Positions 58,270 through 64,000 of a DNA stretch of 64,000 nucleotides are shown here, piece by piece. The DNA is from Candidatus Latescibacterota bacterium (lineage in GTDB: Bacteria; Latescibacterota; UBA2968), in the NCBI GenBank assembly GCA_965204375.1, contig OZ241986.1:64001-128000 (forward strand). The letters run 5' to 3'. The translations under genes and the position numbers were made by a program. Under the pieces are notes generated by a model, which saw nothing but the letters and a program-made list of their open reading frames with translations, was not told where the DNA came from and ran no database searches. Position 1 is the first letter of the stretch. Each line of letters opens with the position of its first letter.

Positions 58270-61173
58270 TTATTTGACGCCAGATGGCTTGGCTGTGTTC
58301 CTGTCGCGTTGGAGCAATTCCGGGTGCAGGCGATAAAATATCGCTTCTATCTGCTTCAGACCCTCTGCTTGCACCACAAAACGTCCATCAATTACTACAG
58401 TTGGCGACCTTGTCGGTATCACGCCGAGTGCTCGAGCAGTGGCGTGTATTTCTGCACTGTTGTCTGTTCCGCTGATGTCAATGCCCATCTGTTTTAAGCA
58501 GTTTGCCACAGAAGATGTGTCGGAAATAGCCTTCTGTTTGTGGCATAACAGCGCGTCAACTATCTGCTCTGGAGCGGTCTGTTGTGCCTGCCGAAATAGC
58601 GCGTTTTGTTTGTCATTGCCTACAAAATGCAGGCGTAAGCGCTCAGGTGCCTGGACTTTTTTGCCCCATTGCAAGAGTCGTTCTGCTATTTGTAATGCTG
58701 GAGACACACTAACATCCATAAACAGGTCCATACCCTCTAAATTTTGGCCTTGAAAAACTCGCGCAATGGGTGTCAATAGCACGGTTGGCACAAAATGATC
58801 GCCAACGCGCTGCATCAGGTGTGTAAACCGATTAAAATGGGCTGTTTTCTCAAATTCATTATTCAACACATAAGCTGGCACCCGATCCAGCCTATAACGC
58901 GCAATCAGGTTCTGTCCCATCTCGCTGTTCACATCTACGGTTTGGAACTCAGCTCCGGGAAAGAGCGATAGTGTGGATCGAATAAACGAATACGTATCAC
59001 ACACTGCACAGGTCGCGTCGTTGAGAATGGTCGTTTGAAAGGGAATGGGATCGCGCACTTCGCATTGCGCGCGGGGTGTTCCGCCGTTTAAGCACAGGCC
59101 AACTTTGCCCGTATGTACACAATCCCGATCGCTGAGGCACTCGGGAACATCGGCGCAAAAGGGCAAATTTTTATTATTGCGACAGATGAGCTGCGCCACC
59201 TCCTGAGAAGACGTTTTGACATCGCGCCCATTTACGCGCAATGTGGGCGATGCGTTGATCCCAAGCAGATTGGCTCTGCGAATATTTTCGGCAAATAATG
59301 CTTCACCCGCATCGCTTTCGGACAACTCGGCGATTTTGTCTGTGTCCATGTTCACCTGTGTTGCACAAACGCGCCAATCGGTTGCAATGCCCGATTTATT
59401 GCGACACAAAATGTAATCCCAGAACCGATCGGGATAAAGCGACATCACAACGGTTTGCCGAATGCCTTCGGCGATTTCTCTATCGCCGTGTAAACTGCGA
59501 AAGCGACCCGATCCCGTCGAGGTCGTCGCCTGACATCCCGGCTGTGTTGTCCGTGTCGTGCGTGCGACAGGGGGTGGCGATGCGACATCCTTGGCACTCG
59601 CTTCGTCTGCGATAAAATACAGGTGAAAGTCGATTTGATCCCTCAATTTGCGAAACAGAGGGGCAAGGGTTTGTTCTGCATGTATGCCATAGGGACAATC
59701 TGCCATCACAAATAGCTCGACGAGGGGGCGACCATTTTGGCTCTGTCCTGTTTCACCATGCCCTGTGTCCGATTTGGTTATTGCGTGCGAAGAACCGTGC
59801 CCCTTGTGATTCACTTCTGCCAGCATATCGGCAAATCGGGTGTCAAAGTCGGGCGTCTGGTTTGCATCGTGACAGCGCTGGCACAAATCGGGAGATGGCG
59901 TGCGGCGGATATTGCGGATTTCTGGACGCCGAGCGTGTTGTTCTCCCGGGCCGTGGCACACTTCGCATTGCACATTTGTAAGCCGTTTGACATCTTTGCC
60001 AATTCGAAATCCCGTGGGGTATCCAAAGCCCGTGGTATGACACGTTACGCAGTCGGGCTGATAGTGTTTTTGTTTTTGCAACAAGCGATTAAATGCATTT
60101 GCATGATGCGATTGTTCCCAGTCTGCTACCTCGGTAGCGTGGCATCCTTTACATGTTTCTACCCCGACATATCTATTGGTGCCCTGACGCACCTGATCTT
60201 CCAGTGCAAATCCCGCAAATCTCGGTCGCGCTGTCTGCTGCAACGCTGAATTTTTTTGAACCAAACTGTAGAATTCATCCACGAGCCGCTTCACGGTGCG
60301 GTCTTCGCCAATGGACTCAGAGAGCAATACAGAGGTGATTTGTTCTGCTGTCACCCGTCCATTTTCTACGTTTAAGATCGCCTGTCCAATTGCCTTGCCC
60401 TGAGGCTGGGTGCCCAGCAACAGGGTATTGCCGATCCGATGGGTTGTTTCGGTTGATCGTGCGCTGATCATCACATCTATATCGATGATATTTTGTACGA
60501 GGTCGCGTTCTGCCTCTCGATCCAAATCGCTCAATACAACTATGAGATCGGTCTTTTGACGCACAGATGTGACCGCTTCCAAGATGCCATCAAGTTTAAC
60601 ATCTACACCATCGGGCACATTTATGTGTGAGACTTCCATTGCCATACCGTGTACTTCAATGTTCCGTTCACCCGCCACACCTATGATACCTACGCGCACA
60701 TCACCCGCGTCCAGAATTCGCACGGGTGCCCCCATTTGCATGTCGTTTATCTTCAAGTTTGCACTTAGAAAAGGGGCGCCGATCGAATCGCGCATGGTTT
60801 CAAAGAACGCTTGTCCAAATCGCAATTCTCCCACACCGACATTGGCGGCGTCGTAATGGATGGCTTTCATGGCTTTCAAATGTATTTTGCAACGCAATTG
60901 GTCCAATACGGTATCGCCCGCAAATAGACTGCCGGCATCTAATAACAGGGCATTGGGATAAGATCGCTTTAAGTCATTTATCATTGTCGCACGCCGCGCA
61001 ATGCCGCCGAGCTGATTGTCCGCACAACCACACACTTCCAGGAAGCTCTGTGTGTCTCCTGTATAAAGTAATACCACCTCTGCCGCTCTACTTTGCCCGA
61101 TGAGACAAAAGACAGCTAATAGGAGACACAAAATGAGGGGAGATCTTTCACATCTGTGTTCATCTGTGTTCAT
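58270..61173 (-). CDS. Exported fusion: 5'-nucleotidase-like phosphoesterase, tetraheme c554-like cytochrome and thioredoxin-like domains
   Basis: Signal peptide; EVCGC..NQLGGIARR, LLLDAG; CKGCH, CVTCH, CEVCH, CQRCH; VELFVMADCPYG...SPTL; CAVC. Confidence 0.85.
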   Translation of the reverse strand: MNTDEHRCERSPLILCLLLAVFCLIGQSRAAEVVLLYTGDTQSFLEVCGCADNQLGGIARRATMINDLKRSYPNALLLDAGSLFAGDTVLDQLRCKIHLKAMKAIHYDAANVGVGELRFGQAFFETMRDSIGAPFLSANLKINDMQMGAPVRILDAGDVRVGIIGVAGERNIEVHGMAMEVSHINVPDGVDVKLDGILEAVTSVRQKTDLIVVLSDLDREAERDLVQNIIDIDVMISARSTETTHRIGNTLLLGTQPQGKAIGQAILNVENGRVTAEQITSVLLSESIGEDRTVKRLVDEFYSLVQKNSALQQTARPRFAGFALEDQVRQGTNRYVGVETCKGCHATEVADWEQSHHANAFNRLLQKQKHYQPDCVTCHTTGFGYPTGFRIGKDVKRLTNVQCEVCHGPGEQHARRPEIRNIRRTPSPDLCQRCHDANQTPDFDTRFADMLAEVNHKGHGSSHAITKSDTGHGETGQSQNGRPLVELFVMADCPYGIHAEQTLAPLFRKLRDQIDFHLYFIADEASAKDVASPPPVARTTRTTQPGCQATTSTGSGRFRSLHGDREIAEGIRQTVVMSLYPDRFWDYILCRNKSGIATDWRVCATQVNMDTDKIAELSESDAGEALFAENIRRANLLGINASPTLRVNGRDVKTSSQEVAQLICRNNKNLPFCADVPECLSDRDCVHTGKVGLCLNGGTPRAQCEVRDPIPFQTTILNDATCAVCDTYSFIRSTLSLFPGAEFQTVDVNSEMGQNLIARYRLDRVPAYVLNNEFEKTAHFNRFTHLMQRVGDHFVPTVLLTPIARVFQGQNLEGMDLFMDVSVSPALQIAERLLQWGKKVQAPERLRLHFVGNDKQNALFRQAQQTAPEQIVDALLCHKQKAISDTSSVANCLKQMGIDISGTDNSAEIHATARALGVIPTRSPTVVIDGRFVVQAEGLKQIEAIFYRLHPELLQRDRNTAKPSGVK

Positions 61174-61180
61174 CTGTGGT
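61151..61180 (-). repeat. 10-mer tandem array (CACAGATGAA x3) overlapping the predicted start codon
   Basis: catctgtgtt catctgtgtt catctgtggt. Confidence 0.85.
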
Positions 61181-61208
61181 AGCTTTCTGTTTTCTGAATT
61201 TTACCTGT

Positions 61209-61238
61209 AAAAAAAGGCCCGATATTTCATCGGGCCTT
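61209..61238 (-). terminator. Intrinsic terminator after lepB
   Basis: AAGGCCCGAT/ATCGGGCCTT followed by a T-run on the minus strand. Confidence 0.85.
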
Positions 61239-61259
61239 ATAAATACCATTTTTTTTCGG

Positions 61260-61925
61260 TTATTCCAACAAGCCCAATCTGCTCCAACGGATTTTTTGAA
61301 AAATATTCCACAGAGGCTTTTGGCTATCCCAGGAATAATAAATAAATAAGGGATGAGCTTTTATTTTTTCCATGGAAACCATTCCCCAAAACCGGCTGTC
61401 GTAACTGCTGTCGCGATTGTCTCCCATTACAAAAATGTGTCCCGGTGGCACTGTTTGAGGTCCGTAGTTGTCGCGTGGGCTATGCTGTTTGTGTTCTACT
61501 CTGGGATCTTCGTGCTTAACGCCTTCTGGATTCTCAAATCGCTTTCCATCTACATATACAATTTTGTTTTTGATTTCCACTGTCTGCCCTTCAACTGCAA
61601 TACACCGCTTGATAAAATCTCGCGATTCATCCCGGGGAAATTCAAAAATCACCAGATCACCCGGTTGAGGGGTTGAAAATCCCGGTACGCGAAATGAAGG
61701 CAATTTGGTGTTCAGTATGGGCACGCGGTCGGGTATTTGCGTGCCGAAGGTCAGTTTATCGCCCAACACATAATCGCCTTCTAATAGCGTATCTTCCATC
61801 GATCCCGAGGGAATGTGATACGCTTGTACAAGCGTCCCCCGGATCAAAATGGCTAAAAATATGGCGATTCCAAATTCTCGCAAGTTACTCCGTTTTCGCT
61901 TCTTTTTATTTTTTCTCTTTAGCAT
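61260..61925 (-). CDS. lepB: Signal peptidase I
   Basis: IPSGSMEDTL, FIKR, MGDNRDSSYDSRFWG. Confidence 0.96.
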   Translation of the reverse strand: MLKRKNKKKRKRSNLREFGIAIFLAILIRGTLVQAYHIPSGSMEDTLLEGDYVLGDKLTFGTQIPDRVPILNTKLPSFRVPGFSTPQPGDLVIFEFPRDESRDFIKRCIAVEGQTVEIKNKIVYVDGKRFENPEGVKHEDPRVEHKQHSPRDNYGPQTVPPGHIFVMGDNRDSSYDSRFWGMVSMEKIKAHPLFIYYSWDSQKPLWNIFQKIRWSRLGLLE

Positions 61926-61971
61926 AGTCCTTCCATTGTGGTGAGTTGTCGGTTATACTGACTGCTTTCTT

Positions 61972-62949
61972 TCAACGATTTTGTGAAAAATAAGTTCGCT
62001 CGGGGTGGCCCGTTTCGGCAGATTTGTTTGCCGCGAGCGAAATATCGAGGCTGCGCAAACCATCTTCAAAGTCAGACAAGATTCCCGATCCATCTCCCGA
62101 ACGAATTGCAGCCATAAATACTTCGTCAATATCTTCCGATTCGAGCATTTCGCCGACCTCAGCTGCACTGCCTGGAAATACAGTTACACCATTCCCATCG
62201 ACGGTCGCTCGCATATCGCGCATGATGATATCAATGCCATTTGATCCACCGCCATTGCGGAGAACGCAGGTGGAACTCAGCGTGCCCACAGCACCATTTT
62301 CAAATTGGAGCGATAGAGCATATACATCGGGGATATCGAGATTTTCGACATCGTTCAATGCGCGGGTGGCGTAATACGCGTGTACTTCTGCAACATCGCC
62401 CACGAGATAACGCAATAAATCGATCTGATGTGTGGTCTGTTCGACAATCTGCCCACCCGACTGCGCCATCACGCGCCACCACGGCGTGCCCGGCAAACCG
62501 CCCCAGCGATAGGCCAGGGCCATGGCGACGGTCTTGTCTTTCAAAAATTCACGCCCCTGTTTTGCCCAGCCCGTATATCGCTGTTGATAGCCTACGGATG
62601 TCAGCACACCTGATTTTTGAACGGCTTGTAGAATTTCCAATCCCTTTTCCATTGATGGCACTACGGGCTTTTCCAATAACATGTGTACACCTTGTTGTGC
62701 CGCCAAAATTTCTGCATCATAATGTGCAAATGTCGGTACGACGACATACATCGCGGTCAAATTTTCACTGTCCAACATCACGCGATAGTCGGTATAAGCC
62801 GTGCCACCAAATTCTGAAGTTGCGCTTTGTGCGGTTTCTTCTTTTATGTCACAAATTGCAACAATCTCGACATCTTCTATATTGGCTAACGCGCGCATAT
62901 GCGACCGCGCACGTCCTCCAGCACCCACAAAACCCACATTAATGCCCAT
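61972..62949 (-). CDS. Gfo/Idh/MocA oxidoreductase
   Basis: GFVGAG, EKP, SGGQIVEQTTHQID. Confidence 0.92.
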   Translation of the reverse strand: MGINVGFVGAGGRARSHMRALANIEDVEIVAICDIKEETAQSATSEFGGTAYTDYRVMLDSENLTAMYVVVPTFAHYDAEILAAQQGVHMLLEKPVVPSMEKGLEILQAVQKSGVLTSVGYQQRYTGWAKQGREFLKDKTVAMALAYRWGGLPGTPWWRVMAQSGGQIVEQTTHQIDLLRYLVGDVAEVHAYYATRALNDVENLDIPDVYALSLQFENGAVGTLSSTCVLRNGGGSNGIDIIMRDMRATVDGNGVTVFPGSAAEVGEMLESEDIDEVFMAAIRSGDGSGILSDFEDGLRSLDISLAANKSAETGHPERTYFSQNR

Positions 62950-63035
62950 TTATATCCTCCATTCAAAAGGTGAGAGGTAAAAGGTTAAACGTAAAAGGAC
63001 CACCTAACTCACCAGTTTCCGCCCCTCACCTTTCA

Positions 63036-63064
63036 AAAATAGACTGCATGACCAGAACTGTCAA
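63036..63064 (-). promoter_or_regulatory. Sigma70-like promoter
   Basis: TTGACA-17nt-TATTTT. Confidence 0.5.
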
Positions 63065-63093
63065 GAGGTACGCCCATTATGTGGCCCTTTGCA

Positions 63094-64000
63094 TTATTTT
63101 TTTGCCACTGGACCCTTTGGCGCCTCCTTGCTGTACAATGTACTGCCTCGCTCGTAAGACGCGACGACTGAACCGTCGGCAATTTCCAATCTGGGTACGT
63201 TCTTGTCGAACACATCGCGGTCGGGGCCGCGCATGACGGCCATCTGTTCGTCGGTCATGCCCGAGACGAGATCGCCCCACCGTTTTTCCGGGTGGGTCAA
63301 TTCTCCGCCGCTACGATTGAAGTTGCGCGATGAATATTTGTGCAAAATTCCGCGCCGGGAGATGTCGCTTTTCCACGCCAATGTGCCATGTGTGGTGCCG
63401 CCATCCATGAAGAAGAGCACATCGCCCGCTTTCACCTCTACGTGTTTTACCAATCCCATGTGGTCATCGCAGGTGCGCACGCCCGGGGGGAGTGAATAAT
63501 ACGCTTTGTGCGATCCCGGCACACACGCAAACCCACCGTCGGCTTCAGTCACATCGCGCAACTGCCAGGTTACGGTTACGGCTTCGCAATAGCTTCGTCC
63601 ATTTTGATAGATATATCCTCGCCCGGGATTGAGCGGCTCATTGGAGTCGTGCAGGGAATGGCCCGATGTGCCTTTGACCGCGCAAAATGCTGTTCCCCCA
63701 CCCGTGCGACCACCGCTGGCTCCCATCCAGTTCAACCGATGCTCAACGGCCGGGTGGGCGAGCATTCGTCGAAAGGGGTCACAATGGGGACTGGGCAACT
63801 GTGTCAGCCCACTCAACAGGGGTCTGCCCGTGCCCGCGAGGCTTTTTGACCCGCGTGCAAGTTCGTCGCCAACGACGATTCGATCCTCAAACTTGTCAAT
63901 GGCGGCATTGGCCTGTGCCAGCCATTCTTCATCCATGATTCCGCGCAGTACCAGATACCCGTTCAAATCCCAAAAGTAAAATTCTTTTTCGTCAATGCCC
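63094..64000 (-). CDS. Phytanoyl-CoA dioxygenase (PhyH) family protein (5' end off window)
   Basis: KEFYFWDLNGYLVL, LH, GGFACVPGSHK, HGTLAW. Confidence 0.87.
   Translation of the reverse strand, partial: GIDEKEFYFWDLNGYLVLRGIMDEEWLAQANAAIDKFEDRIVVGDELARGSKSLAGTGRPLLSGLTQLPSPHCDPFRRMLAHPAVEHRLNWMGASGGRTGGGTAFCAVKGTSGHSLHDSNEPLNPGRGYIYQNGRSYCEAVTVTWQLRDVTEADGGFACVPGSHKAYYSLPPGVRTCDDHMGLVKHVEVKAGDVLFFMDGGTTHGTLAWKSDISRRGILHKYSSRNFNRSGGELTHPEKRWGDLVSGMTDEQMAVMRGPDRDVFDKNVPRLEIADGSVVASYERGSTLYSKEAPKGPVAKK

Noticed and set aside
61023-61031. Sec codon in the CxC motif of the nucleotidase-cytochrome fusion
   Set aside because: The codons read TGT GGT TGT, so both residues are Cys.
1-64000. tRNA, rRNA or riboswitch genes
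   Set aside because: None recognised by eye; a covariance-model search would be needed to exclude small RNAs.

Overview
Bacterial chromosomal window of moderate GC. The many sulfatases, aldo/keto reductases, Gfo/Idh/MocA, enolase-superfamily and PhyH genes suggest, by inference only, a Latescibacterota/Poribacteria-like organism. The left arm holds core genes on the minus strand: gltD (partial), gltB, a ferredoxin, a nitrite/sulfite reductase, moaA, an EEP lipoprotein and smc. From about 16.8 to 29.2 kb lies a mosaic accessory, defence-like stretch: a helicase-associated-domain protein, an orphan MNT, a DUF6883/DUF4926-like pair, an operon of three full-length dynamin-like GTPases, a decayed VapB-like antitoxin and an AAA-ATPase/PD-(D/E)XK gene. 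The rest is mostly catabolic genes plus tonB, lepB and a phosphoesterase/tetraheme cytochrome/thioredoxin fusion. Two observations stand out. (1) The third dynamin carries a C-terminal tail of two IF2 N-terminal-like domains and two ComEA-type HhH domains, each a near-exact recent tandem duplication; this is a candidate new sensor- or decoy-equipped dynamin system. (2) The M20/AbgB-type amidohydrolase, split in the ORF track, is one frame with TGA at the metal-ligand Cys (GHG-U-GHN) followed by a SECIS-like hairpin, so it is a probable selenoprotein. Also seen: dispersed 7-, 9- and 10-mer tandem-repeat elements at gene boundaries, degenerate copies of downstream gene starts in front of inserted genes, and NrdR-like boxes on the smc promoter. 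All family calls come from motif recognition by eye; no searches were run.
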